This document shows, one piece after another, positions 1 through 13,170 of a stretch of DNA of 64,000 nt; the first letter of the stretch is position 1, and each line of letters begins with the position of its first letter. Below the pieces are notes generated by a model. The model searched no databases. It saw only the letters and a program-made list of their open reading frames with translations, and was not told where the DNA came from. The DNA is from Octopus vulgaris (lineage: Eukaryota). The position numbers and the translations under genes are program-made. Location: the NCBI GenBank assembly GCA_951406725.2, contig OX597816.1, positions 145,018,001 through 145,082,000 of the forward strand, in the 5' to 3' direction.

Positions 1-269
1 TAACTGCTGCACACTGTAACCTCTCTATAAAAACAAAACATTATAAGAAGTGAAGCAATACAGCAGTAAATCTCTCACGGAAAATGTTATCTCAGGCCTT
101 GGCCATTGGGATTGCTTCAAAATGCTGAAGCCCTGTACACCATACTGCCATAGAGAACTACACCATTTATGCAATGTATTAAGAGAAGGTACTGTATCAA
201 CATTGCTTAAACAATGCTGGTATGAAGTTCAGACTTCCTATGTATGAAAATTTATCAACAAGTTTGAGT

Positions 270-270
270 T

Positions 271-301
<31 letters not shown>

Positions 302-417
302 CAGACATAAATACACACATACATAAATACACACATACATACATACATACATACATACATACATACATACATACATACATACATACATACATACATACAT
401 ACATACATACATACATA
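270..417. repeat. (TACA)n microsatellite
   Basis: Direct reading. Confidence 0.95.
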
Positions 418-499
418 AAGATTACTGTTTGAACATTCCAGTAGAAATAGAAATCCATTGTATGAAGAACATACCAAATATAGTTGTATAGGACAAGAA

Positions 500-797
500 G
501 CAAACGTTGGGTACCGTTGTAGAGATCAGTTAATTTACTGCATCGAATACCCAAATTGTGAAGAATTATATGAAGGTCAAACTGGAAAATGCACTATCAG
601 AACGTTCACGTTGCAACGGATATCAAATTAGAGACCCAGATGTCCGTCAGATACCTTTGAATAACCATCTGGTAACATGCGTTCGGAAAATATTTATATT
701 TCCATTCTACAAACTACACAGTCCAAGTGAAATTGAAAGAAAAATCGGGGAAAAGAATTTTATTAATAAATTCCAACCCAAGCTAAATAGACTATAA
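500..797 (+). pseudogene. Penelope-like element GIY-YIG endonuclease C-terminal remnant (frameshifted)
   Basis: ~551-586 reads PNCEELYEGQTG (YIGQT-like motif), followed by ORF 558-797 ...QIRDPDVRQIPLNNHL...ERKIGEKNFINKFQPKLNRL, matching the typical PLE terminus E..FI..F.P.LN. Confidence 0.75.
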
Positions 798-1506
798 TAC
801 TAATACTTAGAGGTACTATTTCTACTACTACGACCACTACCACTAACACTAACAACCATTAACAACAAAATACTAAAGGTGCTCATTATGATGGTAGCAG
901 GAAAATACTAGCTACGTCAAGAGAAAAGTCAGTAAAAATTATATTACCACAGCTACTCCTACCACCTTCATCCCCACCAACAACAACGACAACAGCAATA
1001 AAGGAGATGATAATGATGACGATGATAATTGAAATGTAAAAATCCCCGGGAAATGTTTACAACATTTCTAAAAGTAGGACCAACAATTACTGCTTTCACC
1101 AGGGTCAAAACACAGGCTTCTTGACATGTTCAACAAACCGTGACGCCTAAACCAAACACAAATCAACTTAAGTAATTTAGGAAAATCACACACTGACTGG
1201 TCAAAATACAGTTTGCAAAAATTAACATTTCTGGAACCTATACAAATGTATTTAAGGCACACAATTTAGCCATCTCGCCACAGTTGTAAATTGTAAAACA
1301 TAGCTGTTACCACTACTACAGGAACTTGAAGATTGCTTAGTTTAATGCATGAAAGTGCTAGTGCAATCACAAAGGACATTTAATATTCTACAACTTCATT
1401 AAACCATATTATCTTATATTATATTATTATAAGATTGTAAATAAAACGTGAAAATCAAAGTTGGAATACCTTTGAGTAATATATTCTTCTATACACAGAC
1501 ACACAC

Positions 1507-1555
<49 letters not shown>

Positions 1556-3604
1556 CACAATATATACATAAACACACACACACACATAGATATATACACA
1601 CACACACTCTGAAGAAAAATACGGGTGCAGGATTTGATAATATTCTTGTCCAATTGAACCTCAAAAAGTACAAGACAGGGAGTGGAACCTTAAAAATAAT
1701 GCAATGTAGCTGCATGAATATGAATATATGAAAAATTAACATCAGATTTTCAAAAGTTAGGATATTTGTTATATACAGATAGAGATGATAATTCTAGTGA
1801 CATACTTTAAGAATTCAGTAAATTAAACTTAATGGTGTGAAATAATTATTGTTTTAGTTTTCCCCATCTGCATCTGTTTAATATTTTGTGTTTAGAAAAT
1901 TCCAATTATGACTGTAATATTTTTGGGACTTTTCTAGTTTCAAAAATCTAAGAATATTATAACTCATACGTGTGGCTTTCTCCGTCTAGTCCACTAATTT
2001 TACAGAAAATTTATAATAAATAATATGTAGGAAATATGTACTTAGAAGTTTCATTTCAAGTAAAATTTTATCATACTTAAAAGTAATAATATGATAAATG
2101 CAAATTCATCTAAATGTGATTGGAAATTAAATGTAATGCGCATGATAGCAAAATAAAAGTAATTAAATTAATGCACATGAAGTGACTAAGAAATTGAAGG
2201 ACAAAGTATCATGAGTATGAGTCTGTTTTAAGGCCAAATGCGCAAGGAAGAAATGAATAATGACGTGGCGAAAGCAAATAATGACACAAAACTTACACGA
2301 TCACATTGATAATAGGTATAAAAAGTGATGTTAATGATGAGATTTATACAATAAGATTAAGTAAATCAAAGTATTTTGAAAAAAAAACAAAAACAAAACA
2401 AAAAACCAAATATCAGCGTTATGTTCGCACATAGATAAACTGAAAATCTTTAATTAGAACTCTGATTTAAAAGCAATGATAATTTCAAAATCAGAGAATT
2501 TATATAAAAATTCATTTTATATGCGATTACTCTTAAATTTGATTCCTTTTAGCTTCATAACTTTTTCTACTTAACCAAATTTGACGAGGGTTTTAGAATT
2601 TAATTACTCGCACTAAGATCTCTTATTTGAACTTCAACAATTTCTGCTATAAATTAGAGGTATGATAGTTTTAAATACGACATTAGTCGTTACTTTTATA
2701 CAAATTTGTCCACTTTTTGCACAATAAATTTCTACTGCATCAACTTTGACATGACTTTAATAATTAAACACCAAGTATTGATCTCTTAATTATAGTAAAT
2801 ATATTTTTACATCACAGAGACATAGTGTTTTAAAGATGGCACAGGGCGTTATTTCTTTTCTGATAATTTCTTATCCTTTAATTTTTTTCTTTAATGAGGC
2901 AATTTTGATGTGGTTTTCAAAATTGTTACAAAACTACTTAAGAAATACTGTAACTATATCGCTTACAAGTTGCACTTACGTACTGAAAAACTTCAGAAAA
3001 AAAGTGAAAAATCAGAAAACGGAAAAGAGAAAATAAGCAGAAAGGAAGTACGAGGTACAAGTATCCAAGGAGGTGGAGTAGTGGTTATGATGGGAACAAA
3101 GTTATATAAGCTTCAAACATAGAAGGAATATGAAGGAAGTAATAGCAAATTATTATGCCAATAAAATGTCAGTTAAACTTCAATCAGCTTAAATAGTATC
3201 ATACCCCTGGAAGTAACATTCTTAAAGAATTTTGGCCGCATTACCTAGACATAGGCAAACTGTTTCGAGAAGCAGACCGCATGGAACATGATTCATCAGT
3301 AGATAGGTCATGTTATTAAAATAAATTCAATATGTTTTGTTATAAGCAGATTGTCCATGACTGGTCTTGACTGTTATGCCTTCAAAAATATGAATTTACT
3401 TGCTAATCGTTAGTAATGCCGTCAAGCTGCAGATCATAATTTGTTTCGAGAGAAATATTCCTGCTATTCAAATATATTGTAGATATAGTTGAGTGGTGGA
3501 AGTGATATATATTTTATTAAATACATTAAACGCAAGAGGAAAAGACAAAACCAACATCAATATAACAACATTAACGGCTTAAGTAATAAAGTAATCGTAA
3601 ATCT

Positions 3605-3656
3605 GATAATAATGATGATGATGATGATGAAGATGATGAAGATGATGATGATGATA

Positions 3657-3687
<31 letters not shown>

Positions 3688-3690
3688 CAA
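3605..3690. repeat. (GAT)n microsatellite, probably the tail of the adjacent minus-strand repeat
   Basis: Direct reading. Confidence 0.9.
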
Positions 3691-4035
3691 TAATAAATGC
3701 CCTGATGCTGTACCAGGCAGTGGCTCTCGTGGCTTCTGATCTTAACTGATTGGAAGTGTTATCATGTACATTGTTTTGTCTTGGTATAAAAGATGGGCTA
3801 CAGCAAATATTCTGCTCAATACCACAGATTTGCTTGTCAGTTGCTTGACCTTAACCAGTTGAGCATGTCATTTAGTGGCTGACAATATGTGCATCTCTGA
3901 TCACAAGTAGAAGTAGTGGGGAGCATCATAGCCATGTGTTGAGAGGCATTCTTTGGGGTTTGAATAATTCACGTCCGGAAACATGGGTGTTTCGTTCAAC
4001 ATCCTTAAACAACCCTTATTCAGGGACCTTTTGAT
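3690..4035 (-). mobile_element. Probable 3' end of a non-LTR retroposon (SINE/LINE) with (ATT/ATC)n tail
   Basis: Higher-GC non-coding block ending on the minus strand in ...CATCAGGGCATTTATTATT plus a trinucleotide repeat; resembles from memory an abundant octopus repeat, not verified. Confidence 0.4.
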
Positions 4036-4564
4036 AGCTAAAAAGAGCGGATAGCAGGTAGTAAGCCCGCTATGTATGCAAGACTCCAGGAACTCCAATA
4101 AAACTTGTGATAAAGCGAAATAATAATAAGAATAACAATAATTAACAGTATGGTAGATATTGTTAGCATATGAAAAGTTGAGTGTATATCAATTTCTTTC
4201 TGGAATGTGTTGCTCACAACTGTGGGATAGGAAAGTTCGTTGGCACTTCATATAAGGGTGTGTTGCTCTGGGGAGAATTGTGGGTGAGTTAGGTGATAAG
4301 TTTGAAAGCTAAATGAAGTTGTTCAATTTGTAAGAGAGCTTTATTGATAATCTGTGCAAATGAATGGTATGTGATTATCTTTAACTATTCAGATTTGTAA
4401 TCAATAAATTTAAATGATCATGAATGTATATGCATATATTTATAGCCATCCATCAGTTTATGTATGTAAGCATGTAAGTATGTATGTATGTATGTATGTA
4501 TGTCGGTATCTATCTATCTACCTATTTATCTATCTATCTATTTAGCTATCTATCTCGCTATAAA

Positions 4565-4609
<45 letters not shown>

Positions 4610-4750
4610 GCATACAAGTATACATACACATATGCAAACAAATGTAAATATATATATATGTACCTGTTTCTGCAGATGTTTATGTTTGTATTTATCTCTC
4701 TCACGCTCTGTTTCTGTCTCTGTCTCTGTCTCTCTTCTCTCTCCTCTCTG

Positions 4751-4800
<50 letters not shown>

Positions 4801-4860
4801 ATTAAAAAGAAAATAGAAGAAGTTCTAACCACATTAGAACAACACATAAGTGTACTTCTT

Positions 4861-6375
4861 ATGGGAGACTTCAATCTGCCAAATGTCAGATGGCCCGAGG
4901 GCCTTTCTCTCCCAGGAATGACAAGATGTGAACGAGGACAGGCGAGGTCCCTCCTGAACCTCATCAACACCCTGTACATGGAGCAGGTAATACTCCAACC
5001 AACCAGGGCAGGTAACACACTGGATCTCTGCTTCACAAATGACATGGATCTCATCCATAATGTGAAAGTGACACCGACACTACTCTCGGATCACAACATG
5101 ATAGAGCTGACCATGTACGGGCCAAAAGAGAGCACGGACATGCAGCCTACAAGAAACCCCCAGAATCTTTCCAGCTTGAACTACCATAAGGCAAACTGGA
5201 AACAAATTGAGAAAGAGATCCTCAAACAAAACTGGCCTAAATGTCTCTCCTCGCCAGACATCGACGTGAAACTTCAACAATTCATGTCTGTAATGCAAGC
5301 CATATGCTACAAATATGTCCCAGAGAGAAAGGCCACTGTACACAAGAACAAAATCCCCAGAGAGAGGAAAATTCTAATGAGACGGCGTACAAAATTTTCA
5401 AATCGCCTAAACAAACAGATTGAAAGCAGTGAAAAGTCCCGCCTAAAAATAAAACTGTTGGAAATCGAAAAATGTCTGAAACTCTCCCATGAAAAGGAAA
5501 GAGCAGACAAAGAAGCCTGGGCTATAGACAACATAAAATCTAACCCCAGAGCTTTCTACAGGTATGCCAAAGAAACAGCTACGGTGCACTGTAGAATAGG
5601 GCCACTCCTCGAAAAGGATGGCACACTTACAGGAAAACCAATGAGGGTAAGTGAAATACTGAATGAGCAATTCAAGAGTGTTTTCACCCCACCCCTTGGG
5701 CATCTCCAAATCACCAATCCAACTGACTTTTTTACCACTGCAGATATAAAATCAGAGGCGGCGACGATAGATTACATCGATATAAAGGAAGACGATGTAA
5801 TCAAGGCTATAGATGAAATGAAAACAGACTCAGCTACTGGCCCCGATGGATTCCCGGCAATCCTCCTAAAAGCATGTAAGAGAGTCCTAGCAAGACCACT
5901 GCAGTTCCTCTTTCAGAGCTTCCTTGCAGCTGGCAAACTTCCAAGAAAACTGAAGGAAGGTAAAATATGCCCCATTCATAAAGGAGGTAGCAGAGCGGAA
6001 GCCAAGAACTATAGACCTATCTCTCTGACCTCACACATCAGCAAGGTCATGGAACGAATAGTCAGAAGGAAGCTGATCACCTTCCTTGAAGAAAATGACT
6101 TGCTGCCCGACACCCAACATGGTTTCCGACCAGGGAGAAGCTGTTTAACTCAGCTCCTACAACACTATGACTGGGTGCTGAAACGGCTGCTCAACCACTC
6201 AAATGTGGAAGTGATATATCTCGACTTTGCAAAGGCCTTTGATAAAGTCGATCATGGAATGATATGTCACAAACTGCGTGATCTCAACATAGTTGGAAAA
6301 CTGGGAGAATGGCTTCATGACTTTCTGAAAGATAGAAGTCAGGTGGTAGTGGCCAATGGGGCCACTTTCCATTAA
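4861..6375 (+). CDS. LINE ORF2, N-terminal part (APE C-terminus plus RT N-half); the frame is open from 4801
   Basis: 504-aa ORF with APE and RT motifs; frameshifts near 6365-6372 into the next ORF. Confidence 0.88.
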   Translation: MGDFNLPNVRWPEGLSLPGMTRCERGQARSLLNLINTLYMEQVILQPTRAGNTLDLCFTNDMDLIHNVKVTPTLLSDHNMIELTMYGPKESTDMQPTRNPQNLSSLNYHKANWKQIEKEILKQNWPKCLSSPDIDVKLQQFMSVMQAICYKYVPERKATVHKNKIPRERKILMRRRTKFSNRLNKQIESSEKSRLKIKLLEIEKCLKLSHEKERADKEAWAIDNIKSNPRAFYRYAKETATVHCRIGPLLEKDGTLTGKPMRVSEILNEQFKSVFTPPLGHLQITNPTDFFTTADIKSEAATIDYIDIKEDDVIKAIDEMKTDSATGPDGFPAILLKACKRVLARPLQFLFQSFLAAGKLPRKLKEGKICPIHKGGSRAEAKNYRPISLTSHISKVMERIVRRKLITFLEENDLLPDTQHGFRPGRSCLTQLLQHYDWVLKRLLNHSNVEVIYLDFAKAFDKVDHGMICHKLRDLNIVGKLGEWLHDFLKDRSQVVVANGATFH

Positions 6376-7396
6376 CACGCAAATAGTGAGCGGTGTTCCG
6401 CAGGGCACTGTTCTGGGACCACTACTGTTCATAATGGCCCTCTCAGACATGCCCTCAGCCACGCAGAGAGCCACGATCACAAGTTATGCAGATGATACAA
6501 AAGTTTCACAGGCAATACAGAACCCTGAGGACACTAAACACCTGCAATGTGAGCTAGACAAAATATACAAGTGGGCCGAAAAGAATAGCATGCAGTTCAA
6601 TGCTGAAAAGTTTCAAGCTCTATACTATCAGCATGCAAAACTAAATGCAATACCCAATGAATACACTGGACCCGGAGGAATAGCAATCCCAGAGGCACAA
6701 TCAGTGCGCGACCTAGGTATTTACATGAGTGATGACGCGACCTTTCGTGTACATGTTGTTAAATTGGCAATGCAATGTAGACGACTGGCCGGATGGATCC
6801 TCAGAACCTTTAGAACAAGAGAACAAGAAACCATGATGGTCCTCTGGAGGACACTTGTCCTAAGCCACTTTGACTACTGCTCTCAGTTATGGTCACCATC
6901 CAGTGTCAAGTTGATCACAGAGCTCGAGGCGATCCAACGTAGCTACACGAAGAAGATAGCCTCTATGCAGAATGTAAGCTACTGGGAAAGACTCAGGAAA
7001 TTAAAATTATATTCCCTGGAGCGTAGGCGGGAAAGATATGCCATAATATACATCTGGAAGATCCTGGAGGGAAGTGTCCTGAACTTTGGCATCGAGAGTT
7101 ACGCAAATGCCAGAACTGGGCGCTACTGCGTGGTGCCTAGGACTCCAAACTTGCCATCAAGATGTAGGACAAGATTCTGTGATAGCCTGGGCTTCCGAGG
7201 CCCACAGCTCTTCAATATCCTCCCGAAGAACCTGAGAGACCTGCATGGGGTGGATACAGATGTCTTTAAAATGAAACTGGATCTCTTCCTGTCAGGTGTC
7301 CCAGATGAACCAACTTCACGGCAGGAGGGGCAGATGAGGGCAGCTGCATCGAACTCTCTCATGCACCAAATAGCAGCTGCTAGAAAGCCTTCATGA
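6356..7396 (+). CDS. LINE ORF2, C-terminal part (RT C-half), frameshifted continuation
   Basis: SGVPQGTVLGPLLF, SYADD, RDLGI, YSLERRRER. Confidence 0.88.
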   Translation: MGPLSINTQIVSGVPQGTVLGPLLFIMALSDMPSATQRATITSYADDTKVSQAIQNPEDTKHLQCELDKIYKWAEKNSMQFNAEKFQALYYQHAKLNAIPNEYTGPGGIAIPEAQSVRDLGIYMSDDATFRVHVVKLAMQCRRLAGWILRTFRTREQETMMVLWRTLVLSHFDYCSQLWSPSSVKLITELEAIQRSYTKKIASMQNVSYWERLRKLKLYSLERRRERYAIIYIWKILEGSVLNFGIESYANARTGRYCVVPRTPNLPSRCRTRFCDSLGFRGPQLFNILPKNLRDLHGVDTDVFKMKLDLFLSGVPDEPTSRQEGQMRAAASNSLMHQIAAARKPS

Positions 7397-7729
7397 AGTG
7401 AAACCAAGTAGCAACACCAAATGGCGGTGCCCCAGCATGGCCACAGCTCATAAGCTGAAACTGGAAAAATCAAAATCAAAATCAAAATCAATCATATATA
7501 CACGTATAAGTACCTGCATTTATTCTTTGTATGTGTATAGACGTTACCATATTTACAAATATTTGACCAACTCATAACCATAGCTCACCTTACGTGTGTA
7601 GAAATTTGACCTATGAACTAGAATAATTACCCATCCCAGATTTTTAATCCACTTGTTACACTTCCGGTTAAGACCTCTTGCTCAAAGCAGTGCGATCTCT
7701 TAAAGAATAAATGCAGGTACTTATACGTG

Positions 7730-7789
<60 letters not shown>

Positions 7790-8147
7790 GACAGAGAGGA
7801 GAGAGAAGAGAGACAGAGACAGAAACAGAGCGTGAGAGAGATAAATACAAACATGAAAACCCAATAACTTACCATTCCTCCAAAAGTTCATTGAAAGCTA
7901 TTGATCATAAATCTGAACTGAATTAAAGATTGTCAAAACTCATGCATTAACACACATCATAAACTTCTCTTACAAGTTCTACAACTTTAAATTTGTTTTC
8001 AAAGATATTTAAAACCTAACCTGCACATATGCTTCAATAAACTGCCAGCAATTTTTCCTCTGCCTTAGTCATACACTATCCAACCACCCGCGAAACTCAG
8101 AGTTGACTGCAAAAGTTTGATCTAATTAATACACATAGATATACATA

Positions 8148-9346
8148 CAAGGGTCTGCTAAAAAGTTCATCGACTGACCAAGATACTCACGTAGAATGCG
8201 AGCAAATAAAGTTTATTTCAATATAATACCCCTTGCGGCCCACACAATTTTCCCATCAGTGTTGAAGTGCAGGGATCTTATTGACAAAGAAGCATTCATC
8301 CTGTTTGTAATCAACTGCGATACTGGTTATCCGCCGTTTCCCATATTGGGGAAGAGTTGACAGCGAAATGGTTCCAAATCAGGAGAATGATCGACCAGTT
8401 GGAAGCACTAGTCACGAAGAGCAGCCATGGAAACCAAGCGATTGTGTGCTGTAGCAATGTCTTGGTGAAGCAAGTTACCTTTCGTCAGACTTTTTGGGCG
8501 TTTGGTCTTGATAGTTTTTCCTAAGTACCTCAACAAGTTGGCATAGCATTCTCCATTGTGGCCCTTTTGCCAGTCAATAAATATAATGCCTTTTGCATCC
8601 AGAAAACTGAAGCCATCACCTTCCCTGAAGGTGCTTCTTTGGAGGACAACATGGATTGTCTCTTTCTCTCTGGCTGAAAGTGATGAAGCCAATACTCATC
8701 CTGGGTTAGAAGACGTTGAAGGAAACCAGCTAGTCTGCGTCAAACAATGTTAGATTTTGCTGTAATGTGATCATCGCGGTGCGCTTTTGATCAGGTGTCA
8801 GAAAATGAGGAACCCAGAGAGCAGAAACTTTCACTATACCAAATTCATTGTGCTGATTATTCTCAACTCGCTCACAGGATATGTTAATCGCAATGGCTAT
8901 TTGATTTATAGTCAATCGCCTGTAATCCATGAGCATGTGATGAAAATGATCAATGTTTTCCTCGGTGGTGACAACTGCAGGACGTCCAGACGTTGGGTCA
9001 TATTCAAGACTCTCCCTTCCTCTCCTAAATTCAGCTGCCCACATTTGCACTGTTGATAAAGCTGGAGTGTTATCTTCTAGTGTAGCAAGCATGTCACCAT
9101 AAATGCCCTTGGGCGCCAGACCCTTTTCTGCAGGTACTTGATATCACCACGATTCCAAATTTTGTAGATTTTCGAAAGAAATTGCTACTACTTCCTTTTG
9201 AAGTTTTTTTTTAAAACGTCAGCTGTCAATTCACCTGAGAAGAGTCAATGCAGTTACTAATAAGACGGGTTGAAATTAATGCATGCAAAATTTTACGTCT
9301 CTAGTATCACAACTGTATAGTCAGCCTATGAACTTTTCAGTCTATG
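8148..9346 (-). mobile_element. Degenerate near-full-length mariner DNA transposon
   Basis: TA-flanked TIRs (CAAGGGTCTGCTAAAAAGTTCATCGACTGAC / GTCAGCCTATGAACTTTTCAG); minus-strand fragments with SGRP, WVPHFLT, HQDIATAH, HSPDLEP; about 1.2 kb. Confidence 0.9.
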
Positions 9347-10908
9347 TAGTACATAAATACTTACATTCATTTATACATATATCATACATATGTATGTAAA
9401 TATAAAACTGGAATTCTAGTCATTAATCAGAGTCCTCCTTTTCGGTTCATCAAACGATTTTAAGCACAAAAATTAAGTAATTTGGTTTTCATAGAATTGT
9501 TTGAAAATTCTTCATTGATCTCACCATTTAGTCAAATGAACGGAATAATTGGTGTATGGTGACAGATATACAAAAGTCAACGAAGATGGATATATCCGAA
9601 ATTATTATATTATATGTATCGACAAGTTAATTGTATTTAAATATCAAGACTAAAAAGAATTTGTCTCCTCAGCATCAATACTGCAAAAGAAGAAAGTGAG
9701 GAATTACTTTCCTGTTACTCTTTTGAGTGAAATGTGGCTTTTACAAGAAAACGAAACTAATTTTGATTTACGACTAATGAAATCGTGAAATAACATTGGT
9801 TTTTCTCAGCTGAGCGAAGCTGACTAATATTTCACTGTTGGTTGCACACTATTGCAGACTCAAGTTTCTTTCATTTTATACAAAGAAAAAAAAAATGACA
9901 TGCTTGGAATTGAAAATTCCAGTTGCACTTGAAAACGCATCCAGTTTTGTGAATGGAGAATTAAAGGGATATTTAAGCTAATTATATGTTAGCTGAACGA
10001 TTCGCGCCGTTAGAACTTTAAACATTTTGGCAGTTGAGTCACTGTGAGCAACTTCTCGGAATCTATCATGGAATTATATATGCAGTTTCCAGTTAAAGGA
10101 TATTTTCTTCAATAGATGCAGATATGTTTTCCAATGTTAAAAATTGTTGAGGTAATATTTTTACTGTTTACATTAAAATATCTATCTCGTGAAGTTCTCA
10201 GTACTGGATTATCTGGCGTTAATACATGTTACATTGAAGATTTACACGTGCGCATGTTTTGAGAAAAGTTTTCTATTGTCATGAAAATGCTTTTAGTTAT
10301 ATTAGCCTATACATAAATGGAGAAGGGAATTGTAGCTTAATAATTCACATTTGTTATTCATGTACTTATTTGGTGATTGGTGAGGGTTTCGTAATTATAA
10401 TAGTCATTGATCTAAGAAATACTAATTTTCATTTATTTATTAGGCGTGGCCTCAAATCGGTATGGTGACGGGTACGATGTAAAGCACCGAAACGGTGTCC
10501 ATTCTCTTCTAAAACCCACAGACATCCATTATACAGGGATTGCAAGTCGGTTTCAAGTCGCTTTCACTTAAGAATGCATTTGTATTATTTTGTCCATATC
10601 CAAAATACAAGCAGTACTATCCAGAAATTCGACGCAGATAATCTTTTCCAGCCCTTTCTCTCCCTCTCTATACACATACAGTAATCAATCACTATTAAGC
10701 GCAAATTCCGCCCTTCTATTTGCTCACCTCTGCAATTTTTGCTCTATCCTACCTTATATATATACTGCAAACTTTTAAACTTCTCCCTCTTCAACTAATC
10801 TTTGTCGAATTCTAAAGTGCAGTAAGCAATACCAACTTTATAATAATCATTACATGTGTTGTGTGTTTACGTATGTGCGTATGCATGTGTAGGTTGATGA
10901 CTTTGATG

Positions 10909-10941
<33 letters not shown>

Positions 10942-11689
10942 GTGTGTGTATACATGTGCATACATACACAGATTCACGCACACAAACATTTAGATATATA
11001 AACGTATGAATTTGCATATATGTCCACAAGCATACAAACACACTCGCAAATATACATTATATATGTATATAACTTTATATCGGGGAACGATATTTTATTA
11101 GTGTGTGTGCTACGAGTTTTTTCCTTATTTATATGCGTATAAACGTGCATTAGAATATGCAGTATAGAAATTCAGAAAAGCTACTTTGTATTTGAATAGC
11201 AATACGGAAATGTAGCTTAAGCCTCAATAGCTTCAATACGGATGTAATGGGTAGAAAAATAGTTGAAAGGCTGAATGGCAACAATACCTACTGTGTCGTA
11301 GACGCTATGTTATATTTATCCATTCATTCATTATGCTTCTTTTTGCGGATATGTACGTACAGCAACAGAAACATATTTGCATATTTTATATCCGTACATA
11401 TGAACTAAACTAAATTAGAAAAAGGAAAATAATTTTTAAAAAAATACATGAAATAAGAATAAAAATGTAAAAGATCAACGCCACAATGAATACACGGCTA
11501 TAGCGAAGACAGCGAAACATGATCTAATTACCGAATGCTCATGTGATAAATGCGAAGATAAAACTCCTATTCTTACTGAAAGAAATTATGACGCCATTGA
11601 ACGTTTCTGCAATGTTTTAAATGTATTTTAGCACAAATGGCTTTGTATATGATGCTATTAAATCTACACCATGTTGAACAACATGGCGC

Positions 11690-12057
11690 CTTCTTTTGTT
11701 ATAGAACCTTCTGTGGGGTAAATGGCAATTTAGCTGTTGACGTTCGAAGGTGTATTGTATCTATAATAGCTAGCCATACAATGGCATAACAATTCGGCAC
11801 CGTTTTGCGTAAACAACTCTTGCAAAGAAAAGATTGAAATGCTGAGCCAATTCCATTCCTGTATATCCTATCTATCTTTTATTAGGTGAGCATTTGCAAT
11901 TCTCTTGCTTAATCCATCAATTTCCAGCAGACAGGAGAAATATTTTACATATAAGAATGAAATCAGGTTATCAAGTAGAACCTAAATGTTTTTGGTGATG
12001 GCCATGGCGCCAAACTAAATGCGATATCTTATCCCGAAACCTTAAAGAACATCGTAT
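11690..12057 (-). mobile_element. Possible mariner 5'-end relic
   Basis: Minus strand starts TACGATGTTCTTTAAGGTTTCGGGA (mariner-like TIR), followed by a decayed HTH-like N-terminal reading. Confidence 0.35.
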
Positions 12058-12070
12058 GTGCTTGTACAAT

Positions 12071-12250
12071 TGTATGTATGTATGTATGTATGTATGTATG
12101 TATGTATGTATGTATGTATGTATGTATGTATGTATGTATGTATGTATGTATGTATGTATGTATGTATGTATGTATGTATGTATGCTTGCATGTATGTATG
12201 CGTGTGTGTATATGTATGTATGTACGTTCGTATGTATGTATGTATGTACA
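12071..12250. repeat. (TGTA)n microsatellite
   Basis: Direct reading. Confidence 0.95.
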
Positions 12251-12429
12251 TATATATACACTCAGACAAACACACAAACCCACACACACTTATGAAAAGA
12301 AACAAACAGAAGCAGTATTTGATTATGAAATACTTAAGTTAATCTCTAATTCACCCACATTTTTGACAAATGAGAAACTTTTGTCATTTCGTTTCTGAAA
12401 GTAGCAAACAGTTCTTCAATACACCACAT

Positions 12430-12720
12430 TTACTCCCATAACTTACCAAATAAATTTTGGATTTTAAGGAGGGTCAAAGTAGGGAACAAAAGCAGAACAG
12501 TAGAGACATACAAGGAAACCGAACGAAAACAAACATGGAGGGTCGTTAGACCAGAACGAGGGGAAAAATAGTGAACGCTGAAAGAAATGTTTTCTTTAAA
12601 AAGAGAAAAGATAGAAGAGAGGTATAGAAAACGTCCAGTCCTTAGAACATCGCGTACGAAAAGAAAGATGGTCACGTGAGGAAAAGAAAGATTGATGATG
12701 GCCACGTGTATAACACATGT
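12430..12720. repeat. Interspersed repeat (probable PLE pLTR family), related to 61230-61510
   Basis: Shares ACAGT(A/G)GAGACATACAAGGAAACCGAACGAAAACAAAC and GGTCAAAGT with 61440-61507. Confidence 0.65.
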
Positions 12721-13070
12721 ATATATATGGAAATAAAAAGTCAAGATAGAAAATGCTAAAATAATTTTTATTAAAAAGCACCGGTTTCAGTCATTGAGAC
12801 TTCTTTAACAGTAACAATTAGATAATTAAATTTAGATAAACTGAAAGAAAAGTTTTTTAAAAGAATATTTGTATAGTGTTCAAATACAAGTGGCATTTTT
12901 CTTGTTTCTGCCTGGCAGAAGCGTTTTTTTATAAAATTATTTTAGCATTTTCTATCTTGACTTTTTTTCCATATATATCCACTCGTGTGTTCCTTTTCAT
13001 CCTTATACATACATACATACATACATACATACATACATACATACATACATACATACATACATACATCCAT

Positions 13071-13170
<100 letters not shown>

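Larger units (their letters stand above)
4801..7492 (+). mobile_element. 5'-truncated LINE, CR1/L2 superclade, young copy inserted in (TA)n
   Basis: APE end (GDFNLP, PTRAGNTLDLCFTN, SDHN); RT motifs GPDG, NYRPISLTS, QHGFRPGRSC, YLDFAKAFD, GVPQGTVLGP, YADD; C-terminal SLERRRER; short 3'UTR and (AAAATC)n tail; TA repeats on both sides. Confidence 0.93.

Noticed and set aside
3243-3285. hAT-like TIR start (CATAGGCAAACT)
   Set aside because: No partner TIR or TSD found
4701-7491. Minus-strand ORFs overlapping the LINE
   Set aside because: Antisense shadows of the LINE ORF
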